This document shows, one piece after another, positions 14,001-27,828 of a stretch of DNA of 64,000 nucleotides. The stretch spans positions 26,102,001 to 26,166,000 of the forward strand of contig CM022679.1 in NCBI GenBank assembly GCA_012295275.1, written 5' to 3'. Under the pieces are notes generated by a model. That model was not told the DNA's origin and did no database searches. It saw only the letters and a list, made by a program, of their open reading frames with translations. The DNA is from Chrysomallon squamiferum. Lineage: Eukaryota > Animalia > Mollusca. Position 1 is the stretch's first letter. The number at the start of each line of letters is the position of its first letter. The translations under genes and the position numbers were made by a program.

Positions 14001-14494
14001 GTAGGTGTGTGTGATATTTTATAATTCTACAATTTATCACATTAAATCATAACTGTAAACGGTAGTTATAATAATAATTTTTAACGATATTTCTCTTTAG
14101 TGTTGGTAACAATAGCTATACCAGATGGAGAAGTTACTCTGGTACATAACGAACTTCTAAACTCAAATTCTACAATCTATGACTACAAATCATTATTATT
14201 CTTGGTAAATACAGATTAATTGATCTAATTGTTGTAAAATGCTGTAAACATTAAATAACCATATGCTGCCAGCTTTTTTTTCTGTAGACATACTACGTTA
14301 TGTGGTATAGGCAAAATCTTGACAGCTGAACAAATTCGATATTTGAGGAAGTTGTAGCTGTGGTGGCTGTGGTCGTTCTGGTGAACGTGGTAGTAGTAGT
14401 GGTGTTGTAGTAGAAGTTGTGGTAGTCGTCACGATGTTACAAAAATTAGCAGTGGCTGTAGTAATAGTGTGATAGTAATAATGATGGCAGTGCC

Positions 14495-14621
<127 letters not shown>

Positions 14622-15428
14622 ATAATACATCAATACTAAAATAAATAAATAAATAAATAAATAGACTTTAAAAAAATTTCAGGAAAACAAGCACATATCA
14701 ATACTGGTACAATAACTAATATTTCATCTGTATAATACTTTAAAACCAAAATAATATTTTGCAGTAGTTTATTTCAAAATAAGGAAATTTACTGCCTGGA
14801 TTTGAAAAAAACATTATTGATGATAATCAGACTGTATTTCCTGAATTTATACAAATCATTTTTTATTAAAAAAAATTAAGGAAAAGATATTAATTTTGTA
14901 AAATAAAAAAATATATATAAAAAAATTCAAATTGTTGGGCGCAAAGGAAAAATTGATTGCCTCTATTTCTTTTCTTTTTTTTCGAAAATGAAGAACATAT
15001 TTCATTTTTAGAATTCAAATACTTTGGCCGCTAAATGTCAAGTGTTATTAGATTTGCTAAAGGCTACGACAAAAGCGAAATGCAGTATCAATAATTTGTT
15101 TTACTAGGAGGTAAATCTTTATTGAAATTTGAGATGAGAAAGCGAGAAGAAATTGATCCTTATATTCACAAGCGAAGTGTTATCTCACAGATGAAAGGAT
15201 TTTCAGGGTCAATTTCAGTGCATAGTTTAAAATTTGTTTCAGTGATTTTTTTAAAGAAATGTGGTATCTATTTTTTAAGATATTATTTTATTTTTTACAC
15301 ATATATATATATTTTTTGATTTTATTTCCTATTTTATTTAGTGTTTAATTTATTTTTTCGTATTCTTTTTTTCTTTTCGTTTTCATTATGATTACAGTTA
15401 AATGTAATGATATGAAATAAAACTAAAA

Positions 15429-15471
<43 letters not shown>

Positions 15472-18379
15472 ACAATATTAATGTAATATGATTACCAATA
15501 AAAATGTTAATGATGATGATGTTAAAAATGTATCAAGCAAAAAGTAAGAATAAAACTATCAAAAAAACATTTGTAAATTTATTTTGAACTTCTTCTTATA
15601 TAGATAAAAGATTTCACACTCATAATTTATAAATTAGTTCTTCACCACATTTTCTGCGTAATTTTCTAATATCTTTTAATAAATGAATAAAAATGAATAA
15701 ATAAATAAAATTAAAAAATTAATAGAAACATTTACCTCAAAATAATTTCATTGAAATATTTAAAAACACATTTTAAATTTCAGTATGTAAATTACATATA
15801 CATACTCATGTTATAAATTTTTGTTTTTAAATATTTTAATGTGTCCAACGGTAATATTTTATCAAATAAGGTAAACATATCTGTTATGTTAATCGTATCC
15901 TTGCCAATATTTAAATATATTTCACATTTTCTTCAACAACATATAGATATTGTTTGTAACTTTCTTTCTCTTTCTTTACCTGTGCTGTCTTATCTTAATA
16001 AATAATTATATTAATAACACCTGAAATAAAGCATGATTATAAAATAATTTAAATATACTTCAAATCTTTATCTTCAATGTACAAATAATAATTTTCATAC
16101 TCACATCGGTGACTGTGTTGTTTCTCTCTTTCACTGGTTTCATGTGTAATAAGCAATGAATATAAAAAATAATACTTACTAAGACAAAAATGAAATCACA
16201 CATGAATTTAAATACATGTTTATGTAAAAAAAAGAAAAGAAATAGACTTATAAATAACATTTTCCTTAATTGAAAATTTGGTGTTTATCTTTTCTAATAT
16301 TAACCACAATAACACAGATACAGGTATTTAAACACAGATTAAACGTTTATCAACCAAACGAGTAAAAAAAACACATTACATACTTACAATACGAACCTTT
16401 CTTATTATAAAAAAGAAAACACAAAAACATCCATTTTTGACTGTTAGTAAAATTAAACAACAAAAACAAAAATTAACAACAAAAAATAACTTTATACGTT
16501 TACCGTTTAACCACAACAAACCAGACAGCATGCAAATTAAATTTTAAAATAATTTTAAAATCTTGATTTTTTAAAAATTTCAAAAAAAATATTTTAAACC
16601 CAGTTAGAGACTCGACGTTATATTTGCATCTGCTGTAAAACACGTTTTCCCCGGTCTTCGCTTGTTGGCTTGTGAATCGTCGAAATGTAACACTGCGGGG
16701 TACTTTCAATTTATAAGCCGACGATAACGCTGGGTTTTTTTTTTTTTTAAAAAGCCTTTTTAAAGCACTCGCTCCTTTCAAAGATTTCGCCTTGAAAAGC
16801 CCGCAGTCTACGAGGCTACTACTAACCCTCTACTGCATTACTTCTTTGTCGCATCTTGTAATTTACACACACAGTCATTGTGAGCCGTACGGGCTAAACG
16901 AGGGTTAGCGTTTGTGAAGCAAGTAGAACTTGTTCTTTTTCATTCGCTCTCTCTCTCTCTCTTCATATATTTTTTTTTGTTGTTGTTTTCTTTCAGGAAA
17001 TCGCCACAATAGTTAATTTTGTTATCGTTTTTTTTTTTTTTTTTTTTTTTTTTTATCTTGTATCGTTTCTACATTAAAATTCGATTTAGAGATTCGAAGC
17101 GGTTTTTTTTTTTTTATTTATTTAAAGAAAGGTAGGGGAATGAAATTAAAGATAAATATATACAGAACGTTTTTATTTATTTATTATAATTTGTGTTGTT
17201 GTTGTTGTTGTTGTTGTTGTTGGGGGTGATAAATTAAAATAAAAGGTAGGTGGAAAAGTACAAAATTTAAATGGAAAAAAAAAAAATAATAATAAATAAA
17301 TAAATAAATAAATAAATGAAAATAAGGGAAAAAATAGAAGAAAAGAAAATTGTATCCACCCTTCACTGACCACCGAAGCGTAACGCGTGTTATTTATTAT
17401 CTGGCTGGTGGTTTCGAGTGGGGGAATCCTGTACGCCATTAAAATGACTAGTCTTCTATACAATTTAAAATAATATCTCGACAATGAAAACGCTAAAGTT
17501 TCCAACATTATTTATAAACTGTTAAAACACAGACATGTATATTTAATAAGGAAAATTGAAACCGAAAATCAAAAAGCCGTCATTGAAAAATTATATTGTC
17601 TATTTCAGCTCATTTAAAATGTTTTGTTCGTTTCAAAAAAAAAAAAACGCCTTGTCTGTTTCAGTTCATTTAAAATTTGTGTTCGTTTCAAATTTTTCTT
17701 CTTCCTGGTTTCAATAATTTATCAGGCTTGGTTATGAACTTTCTGTTATGTAAAATATGATTATGTAATCTTTGTAAACGTCACATATATTATTGAGTGG
17801 ATTTAATGTTATTTATTTATCATGTTGAAATGCATTCAGAGTGTTTGATTTGTAGTTTATTTATTTTGACTTTATTTCATTGCAATAATGCAAAACTCAA
17901 ATATTATCATTATTTATTTTAGTTTTTGTGTTACAGACACACACAAAAATACATATAATACATTGCGCAAAATACACGTATGCAGAACTATAAGATATAC
18001 GTAGATACAGAGATAAACAAACAATTTTCGTAAACAAAAATTACATGTAGAAACATGCATGTACAAAACAGACAAATACTAACATAATCATATAGACATA
18101 CACACATTATATAAACATCCGTATGTATTTGTATATTATACACACACACAAACACAAACACACACACATGTGTACACACATAAACATTCGTATACAGTCA
18201 ACACGCGCACATGTTCATTCAAAGACAAACACAAACAATTAATTTAATTAAGGGCTTAACACGGGCGATAACCTTGTTGTTGTCAGCGGTGATTAGTGAA
18301 ATGTAAAAACGAGAGGATGCGTTTTAGAAAAACTAGTAATAATATCACACAATTATAACACGTTTCAGTCTACTCTTAT

Positions 18380-18680
18380 CCCCCGTTTAAACAATGTTCC
18401 AGTTTCGCCAGCTGTTTCACTGCTGCGAGTAGGACAATGGGGCAACAATTGCACAACAATGGCTGCATTGTCTGAGCTGTATAATATGTTTTCCCGTACT
18501 CATCGCCAGATAAACTATTGTTTTGCATAGGTAACTCGCTTATTTCTTCTTCTTTTTTTTTTTTTTTTAATTTTGCCCGACACCAATCGGTCAGTCAGTC
18601 TGCTTTCCAAAAACCGCCGCGGGCGCGAAAAGCGGCAGACGATCCGATTGTTGGCGGTCACGTGACTCATCAAGTTTCAA
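18380..18680. promoter_or_regulatory. Upstream promoter/enhancer-like island
   Basis: Five Sox-type ACAAT/ATTGT cores at about 18391-18471, CCAAT 18583-18587, E2F-type GGCGCGAAA 18622-18630, and palindromic GTCACGTGAC 18657-18666 overlapping AP-1 TGACTCA 18663-18669. Confidence 0.5.
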
Positions 18681-19381
18681 GATGTTACGAAAATGTGTTT
18701 GCTTACATGATTACCGCTTTTAATTTAATTTTCTTTTTTCTACATTTTTTTTTTTTTTTTTTTTCTTAAATTGTCACAATTAGACTTGAGATAATAAATG
18801 TTGTATTTAGTTGTCCTTATGCTGTTGCTTGGTGGTGGGGGGGGATGAGATAGGGGATAAAAAGGAGGGGGGTGATGGCGGTTTGAAAAAAAAAAAAAAA
18901 AAAGAAATGTGAAGGGAGAATTAATGTCTTATTCAAACGTCCGTCGCAAAGAATTGAAAGAGGAGCGCCTCCCCTCTCACTTAAAAAAAAAAAAAAAAAA
19001 AAAAAAAGAAAAAGAAAAGAAAGAAAGAAAAGAAAAGAAAATTCTCCTTGTCAATTTCATATATTTTATCTCTTCAAAAATGGTGTCAGTTTTATTCATC
19101 GGAGTTGTTAATTTCTCTCGCCGGAGCTGCTAAACTGTTGTCACTCCGTTTAGAATTTCACACACGACGGCGGCAACGGTGCCAACATTTGAGTCGGCGT
19201 TCGTTTCACGGCGCTGTGGTTGCAGGCGATGTGGAACGTCGCGATTCACTGGAGTTTTTCACCTGAGTCGGAGGACGCGACGACAGCTTGAGTAAAAAAA
19301 AAAAAAAAAAAAATAAAAAAAAAAGAATAAAAAAAAAGAAAGAAAGGAGATAGATTGTAGAAGAAAGGTTGAAAAAGTCGC

Positions 19382-19431
<50 letters not shown>

Positions 19432-19495
19432 TTGATGAAATTAAAATCTGTAATGTGTAGAATTTCAGAGCATTGATCTCATTATTATTATTATT

Positions 19496-19530
<35 letters not shown>

Positions 19531-20018
19531 TTTTAATGTAAAACAAATTCCACTGATCGGTGTCATCATGTTAATTTCCAGTATATGTTTTTCTTTCAAA
19601 ATTATTTATTTACAATAATAATTTAATAAAAAGTTAGAATTATTCCAAAAAAATTATAAAATATTATAAAAATACAGTAAAATAAATAAAATGGAATAAT
19701 ATTTTTGAAAGTTAACAAAACAAAATAAAATAAATGTAAAATCTGGTAAATTAATATTTTAATGAAAGAATGTGACTATAAAATTTAACAGTTTGAATAA
19801 TTTAATGAATTTAATTTTTTATAATGTACTGATAAGTTAATATTTAAGGAGACAAATAAATTGAGTTAATAAAATAAATATTTCATTAAATAAATTTATA
19901 AAATTAATTGATGTAAAATATCAATTCAAAATGCAGGTTAATGTTTTCATAATTAATTTCATAAAAGTTAAATAAATAAAATAACCATTATATTACTAAT
20001 AATAGAAGTGGTAGTAGC

Positions 20019-20058
<40 letters not shown>

Positions 20059-22703
20059 TTAATAATAATAATAGTGTAGCTGATAACAATAATAACCATT
20101 AATAGCAATAATATTCATAATTACATAAAAAATAACAATGTAAATAACAATAGCAATAATAAGATAAATAAATAAAATAAATACAAAACAACATTACTAT
20201 AAATACTGTTTCACAACAAAAATATCTGTCACAATAGATATTAATTAACAAAAAGTACAGAACGTAAGAACAATCGACTTTTTATGAAATGTACAAATAT
20301 CATAATAAACCAAAATGATTAAAAAATGAAACACTGAACAATAATTTAAACAAATAAAAACAGAAATTAAAACAAACAATACAAACAAAACACAAAACCC
20401 AACAAGAGTGGAAATGTGAAATGTACAAATGCATGCTTATGAAATATACAAAAGTAGATTGTTGAAATATACAAATACACATTGTTGAAATATACAGCAA
20501 TAACGCGGAAATAAAACTATACTTAATCGCTTCTCGTTTGGTTAATAAATTATGATGAGCTGTCTGTAAAGAGAGAGAAAATTATTGATTTGTTTGTGGC
20601 GTAGATTGGGAAATATTTTCAGTTTTGCTTAATCGTTCAATTCCGTCGACCATACACAATTAGAAATCGACATTAATTTGTTTTGTTGTTTTATTAATTT
20701 CATATACCACTCAAATACTGTACTTTTATTAACATTTTATTTATTAATATTCGTTCTTCCTAGATTTTTGTTTGTTTCTGTTTCTGTCTTTCTCTCTCTC
20801 TGAAAAAAAAAAAAAAAAAAAGAAGAAGTAATGAAATATAATTTGCGTTTTATTACAAATAAATTCTAAATTTAAATTTTTTGCTTTATATTTTGTTTTT
20901 ACTTTATTTTACTTTGTTTTTATATATTTATATTGTTTATATATACTCATACACCGATGGACATATACATACATATACATGCATAAACACTCATTTTTGT
21001 TCTGGTTTTTTTTTTTTGCCTTTATTTAAAATTATCAAAAACATCTTTTATCACGTTATAAAGCAATTTTTTTGAATCTCTTATCATCATCGTCATCATT
21101 ATCATCATCTACGTCTATCAACATTTGAAAAACCAATCGTCCTATTATCAAAATTATCAACACTATCATCAGCAAACAGACACACACACACACACAGAGA
21201 TACAGAGAGAGAGATAAAAAAAAAAACATTTGTTAATCTTTCTGAAACAAAATAGCCCTAAAATATGCTCGCAACGGAAATAACTGTTTTCATTTCTCAT
21301 TAAAAGGGCATGAGATTGGGCTGATTTCCCAGTCTGAAAACGGCGACAGCACAAGAGACTTAATTCTTGCGAGTTTTGTCTTTTAAACTGGCAGCCATGA
21401 AGCCGTCTCGAATAATCATCGTGTGGAGGATTTGTCAGAAATAATCCGCCACAGGCTAGCTCTGATGACGGGTCATACAAATTAATTTGTCAAACAGCCT
21501 GCGATTTCAAGGGACGAGACAATCATTCGTCCTGGAGGGTGTGGCGGCGTGGTAGTGGGGGTTGGGATGGGGGGGGGGTGCAGGCACAAACCGCGAGCTC
21601 CTCTTCTTGCAGAATCGATATATTTATTCTGTAGCTGCGTCGTTGTAACGAAAATGATTTCGACGTGGCTGTTGTGGTTCGGTTCTTCATCTGTCCATCC
21701 CCTCCCCCCGCCCTTTTTTTTTTACCCCCTCTCCCCTGATATTTGGACCCGCTCGCTCCGGTAATGAATCCGTTTTCACATTATTTCTAGTCGTGTTCAC
21801 ACAAAGCGTTATCAGACAAATGTATTTGTTTACACGTACTCATACTTTAATCCATTTAATTATTATTGAATATAATATTTCTAATTGTTTTTGTTTTTGT
21901 TGTTGTTGTTTTTTTTTCAATTGATTGAGAATAATTTTATCACGTACCTCTAATTGTCTGCATTTTGATGTTTTCTAGATAAATGTATTTATGTAGAAAA
22001 TGTTCACCATATTCTTTAATATTTATATAGAATTGTTGTTCATCATGTACCTGAATTTAGTATAATGTTAATATGTGTTAATATATCAGAGATTTATGTA
22101 TTATAAAGAACACACACAAATACATTTACACATACATAAACACACATACGCACACATATACAAATGTATATATATATATATATATATACATTTTCTGTGT
22201 ATGTTCAATTTCCTTTCATAAATATAATTATATATGTACAAAGACATTTTTATATGACACATGAGTGTAGGCTATGAAGGATTCAAAATTATAAAATTTC
22301 AGTTATTACCATAACTTCTTTTCTTTTACTGTATGACTGTATACTGTATAATTTTTGACTTTTATAATGGGGTGAGGGAAAATAGTTTGCAATAAAAGTA
22401 AAAAAAAAAGTAAAAATAAATTATTTAAACAAAGAAACAAACTTTCAATGCTGGTGGCACAAACAATTTTGTATTTAAAAAATAAATGAATGATTAAATA
22501 AATAAACAAATAAATAAATAAATAAACAGAATTTTAATTTTAATATTGCTTGTGTACAATTATGTCAGATGTCATTTTACCAAAAAATATATATTTCTCT
22601 CCTAAAACATTTAACTGTTCTATTTTAAAATCTAAATATTAAAAAAAAATTAAAAAAAAAAGTTTTTATGTTCTAGATTAACTCATTATGATATAAAACC
22701 TTC

Positions 22704-22765
<62 letters not shown>

Positions 22766-23214
22766 TGCTGTTATTGACCCACAGTATTTTTCAGTACAAA
22801 AATATTTAATAGTTGCCATTACTTTTTCCATAAACTTGGCATTTTTATATTATTATTATTATTATTATTACTTCTTCTACTACTACTACTACTATTATTT
22901 AAATTTCTCTCATGTGGTAACATTTTAAAAAAAAAGTACTTATTACTTCGTTGCTTCTGACGTCACTGGAGATAATTAAAATAACATTTGTGCCCGCATC
23001 CTTTAATTGTATTAATAATAACATCGACATCTTGATCTTCACCGAATCACTCTAATTTCTGACACAATTCAGGCTCAGGCCATTCTGGGTCCCTAGACAA
23101 TAACCCACTGGGATATTCCAGTCGCGAAGTATTTCACCAAGCAGATATCTCTTTCAGCTTATGAAATTAACACTGTTTTTATTTTGTTTTTTAAATTTAA
23201 TTTTAATTTAACTG

Positions 23215-23291
<77 letters not shown>

Positions 23292-23390
23292 TCCATCTTC
23301 TTCATCTTCTTCTTCTTCTCACTATTATTATTGTTATTAATATTCTTCTTCTTCTTCTTCATATTGTTATTATTATTATTATTATTATTA
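23215..23390. repeat. Compound (CAT)n/(TAT)n/(CTT)n microsatellite
   Basis: Directly visible. Confidence 0.9.
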
Positions 23391-24329
23391 CTGTTACCAT
23401 CTTTACTATTTCTAAATACGTAATGTTTTCCTTCATATATATCTGTACAAATTTGTCTTGCATGTTTAGTAGTAAAAAAATATGATTCTATTAAACGAGA
23501 ACAAAATTTAAAAAAAATAAAATGAAATAAAATGAATAAAAGTCTTAAAAGCTAATCTGAGCGGGACTGATAACATGGTGTGTAGCCATGTTTCTACCAG
23601 CCATGCTTGCCTGCACTCGTAGTTTGTAACCCGACACCTTTGTAAAATTACCCAGGGGGAAATCCACCGGGCGTGCCGGTAGGGGGTAGAGATAAACAGC
23701 CTTTTTAAGCAGAGTAAATTATTCAGTTTAATAAAAGAAGCAAGAAGTTTCGAGGGTAAGGAATAATTTTATTTTTACAATATTTTATTTTATTTTATGC
23801 TTATTTTATTTTAATTTTTATTTTAATTATTATTTTAATTTTTATTTTAATTATTATTTTAATTTATATTATTTTATTTATCTATTTATATTTGTTTGTT
23901 TGTTTATTTATCTATTTCTTTCTTTCTTTATTTGATGTTATTAGATTAATTTTATTTCTTTTAAATTTACGCTAGTATTTAAAACGCTGAAAGATTCGTT
24001 AACATTTTGAATTTACGACCGTTTTGTTTTTCTTCTGTCATTTATTATATTTCTTTCGTAATGCAAAATAACCATAATCACCTTTTGCGTAATTAATAAA
24101 CCTGTAATATATAAGTGTGTGTGTTTGTATATTTATCTTTGTTTGGGTGTATGTATACCTGTGCGATTGTGTAATTTGTGTGTGTGTGTCTATCGTTGCG
24201 TGTACATGTCTGTCTATAATTACACATTCTCCTCTGTTCATTCAAAATAATAATAATAATAATAATATTAATAATTATAATTATCTATGTGACGTACACA
24301 ATAAATACATTTATACAACACGACTCGAA

Positions 24330-24640
24330 CAGCTAAGACTTCATCACGCACTCGACTTCCCCGGCAGTTAAAATATCAACTACCACACAGCGCCGCTTTA
24401 CAAGTCGCAAGTCCTTTTGCCATTGGCGACAAACCGACTCGATTGATTGACAGCTCCGGTCGTCATGTGATCTCCTTATATGGGAATGGAGCGTGGCGAG
24501 AGGTTTGTGTGAGCACAAATACATTTCACGCTCGACCTATCGGCTGGGAGGATATGGAGCGATCGATGGACGCAGGGACACGCAATCATTTGATAAATCG
24601 TTTATTCTTAGCGCCGAATTTATCGCATGCCTAGCGATGT
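24330..24640 (+). promoter_or_regulatory. Putative proximal promoter of Pax2/5/8
   Basis: CpG-rich island with reverse CCAAT (ATTGG 24422-24426), PBX-PREP/MEIS decamer TGATTGACAG 24444-24453, M-box/E-box TCATGTGA 24463-24470, perfect CArG CCTTATATGG 24474-24483 and paired-domain-like TTCACGCTCGA 24525-24535. Confidence 0.6.
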
Positions 24641-24956
24641 ACACACAAATATTTTACATAGAATGATATCAGCTTTCTCGTTTTGACGACAAATTTATTT
24701 CCATCATTAAATGTCTCTGTTTTGAGCAGGGCATTATAATTAAAATATATTAGATTTTTGTATATATATTTATATATATATATTATAATTTAAAAATTAA
24801 AAAAAAAAAAAAAAAAAATCAGACGGTGTAGAGTTTTATATTGAAAATAAAACTTCAAAAAAACAAAAAAAAATATATAGTGAAAGAATTAATTTCGCCA
24901 GTTTTTGCTGAAACTGACACTTGTGTCGCCATTTTGAAATAGATAAATTGTCTTTC

Positions 24957-25053
24957 ATGATGGATTTGGCGACGACCTATCGCTATCATCATCATCATCA
25001 TCATCACCACGGCCCTAATTTACATATGATGGAATTTTACCATTCGTGCAAGA
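24957..25053 (+). CDS. Pax2/5/8: Probable first coding exon of Pax2/5/8 (poly-His N-terminus)
   Basis: ATG ATG at 24957, then 32 codons plus 1 nt (MMDLATTYRYHHHHHHHHGPNLHMMEFYHSCK), then a consensus donor A|gtaagt. Phase 1 matches the paired-box acceptor (A+GT = Ser, giving CK-S-HGG). MEFYHSCK resembles the MDMHCK start of vertebrate PAX2. A promoter-like motif cluster lies about 500 bp upstream. Confidence 0.75.
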
Positions 25054-26879
25054 GTAAGTATTTTAAATATTTTTTTATATATATATATACGGTTTATAAT
25101 AATTATAATCTGTATGTTTTATAGAAAACACCGTTACTTACTTGTACATTTCTACCTTTACCTTTTATTATTATTAATATTTATTATTATTATTTTATTA
25201 TTTTGGGTTCTAGATACCTTGATTTTCTTTTCCACGTTATTTGTATGTCGAAGGCTTCAGTTTGGGAAGGTTTTTTTTTTTTTTTTTTTTTTTACTCCTC
25301 GAAGTGCAAATCTTTGAAAATGCAGTTAGCGTAATTTCATCATCAGCTGGTTTTTGCCCGCACCGCGCACCAGGAAGGTTTGCGACTTGTGAAAATGACA
25401 TTACTGCAATTGACCGCGCAAACAGTAGAAAGAGAGTTTCTTTGCGCCTTCAGCGCTGCCTCAGTAAACTCGATTATCAGCCTGTTTGGAACAGCGTTTT
25501 AGAAAATCCGTGCACGTTCCGGAACTGAAGTTCTAGCCTTAACCCGTGATCCTTGTCAGTCCCCGCTTTGACACGTTTGTCTGTGTCTGTGTGTGTGTGT
25601 GGGTGTGGGTGTATGTCTCTGTGTATATATATATGTATCACTGCTGAAATAAAACATCTGTACGAAATCCTCAGTCGATGATTTTGTGTTTAACGTTGAT
25701 TAATTCAGAAATAAATACCTTGATTGATACCGATAACATCTTTGTTGATAACGACGTATTTTAAGTCTGTTTAGATTCTGTAAGTTTTTCTTCTTTTGTT
25801 TTTCTTTCATCTCGTTTATTCTGAACAAATCGTTAGTAAAATAAATCCAAAAAACCAACAACAACAACAAAAAAACAAAAAAATAACCCTGTGAAATACA
25901 AACCGGATAATTATAATCACAATCCGGTTTGTTTTTGTGATGTTTTCGTCTTCTTCTTTTTTCGTTTTTGTTTTTTTTTTTTTTGTTTTAAATCGTGAAA
26001 GCGGTTCGACACACTCAAACATCCTTCACCGACTACGGCTTCAATTTCAAATGCAATGTCGGCCAAAACGAGTGTAAATTTCAAACAGAAAGCGTTGCAC
26101 ACCAGGGTAGCTAAGCGGAACCCACCCGTAGTCCTGCGAACGCTTGAATAGTGACATTGAAATGTCGGTTCAAGTGTCAACAGTTGTTGAAAAGCCACGG
26201 CGCTCGGTTTCACTGACGATTTTAGTCATTCATTTCAGGATTTATTATAATATATGCATTTTTTTTCATAAAACCCTCAAAAGATCTAAGTTTTCTATTC
26301 TTTATACATTTATTTATTTATTTATTTATTTATTACGTCATTTCTTCTTTCATTTTTTTTTACAATTTTTAATTTATTATTATTATTTTTTTTTTTTTTT
26401 TTTTTTTTACAAGAAAAAGTATTAAATTGTAGTTGATGTATTGTTTTACGAAAAAAGATCTGGTAACATTTGTTATACTTCTTTCTTTTCTTTTTTTTTT
26501 TCTCTTTTTTTTTTTTTCTCTCTCTCTCTCTCTTTGTTAATTTATAAAGTGAAAACGCTGGATTTACTGGCCCAACAAATGTTGCACGGGCTGCAGATAA
26601 GTTTTCATTTCAAAAGGAAACTGACACACAAGCGGGTTTAAATATTTCATCTCTGTTACGTCCTTTCAAGTTGTTTACTAAAACACGGTTTGAATTTATA
26701 CGAATTTGAGTACTTTGTTTTGTAAACGTATAAAATTAATTCTTTTTTTTTTTTTGCTTGAGTTCTTTGATCACAATCGTCAATGAAACTGAAACACACA
26801 CACACACACACGTATATAATTTTATACGTACACACACACACTGACACACACACAAAACACACTCACACAACACAAACAG

Positions 26880-27146
26880 AAATGTAACGGATCGAAGTTC
26901 CGAAACAATGATTTCATGAAAGGAGACATGCATTCGAGGCGGACTTTTGTAAAATGGTCTATTTCACGACCAGAGGAGCAACCAATCGGATTCATCGAGA
27001 GGAAAACCAGCTCCGATGGGGGTCGAGGTGGGGCGAAAGACAAGAAATTGACCAGCTTTTGTGATAACGTGATCAGCTTGGCTGATCAGACGTGCTACAC
27101 AAGATTCTTTACAACTAATTAAGTTATCACGGAGATCTAGGTATGT
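26880..27146 (+). promoter_or_regulatory. Possible internal promoter and non-coding leader exon
   Basis: GC-richer island with CCAAT 26982-26986, GC-box-like GAGGTGGGGCG near 27025-27035 and a good donor AG|gtatgt at 27140/27141, 690 bp upstream of the candidate acceptor at 27828. Confidence 0.3.
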
Positions 27147-27699
27147 CTTGGTAATACTTCCTAGCTCTATCGCAGCCGCCATTTCTCCAGATCTGCACGA
27201 CAATTAGTCACTGATCAACTTCGTTCTGTCACTGTAAGACATAACACAGGAGACATTATATATTAATATATATTTATATTTATATATATATTTATATATA
27301 TATATTTAAAAAAAAAGGGAAAAACTAAAAGGACAGTTCAGCAGATTAGAGAGGATCGGAAAAAAAAAGAAAAAAATATTCAGACTTGTTCGTTTTCGGA
27401 TTCACAATGTGAAAAATATCTTCATGATTATTTTCTGTTTGAGGAGTTTTTTTTACAATTTCTTGGATGATACCCGGTTCTGAACTGAGATATATACATA
27501 TATATATATATATAGAATTTATTATCCCATTTACTTGAATCATCTCATTTTATTTATTTTATTTTAATTATTTTAATTTAAACAAAAAATTAAAACAATA
27601 TCATATTTCAACAACAAGAAGAAGAAGATTTTCTTTCCGAATTATCTTCCGGATTTACGCTCGTTTTTTTTTGTTGTTGTTGTAAGGTCTTCGATAAAA

Positions 27700-27732
<33 letters not shown>

Positions 27733-27828
27733 TTAGAAACAAAATCTTAAACTGCCGCTAGTTGAAGCACCCACCCACCCGTTGAAATTGCACCCCGCTA
27801 ACTGGATCAGCTTGCACCCTGCACCTAG

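Noticed and set aside
26916-27122. 68-aa ATG ORF as a coding exon
   Set aside because: It stops before the donor at 27141 and has no recognisable similarity; at most an upstream ORF.
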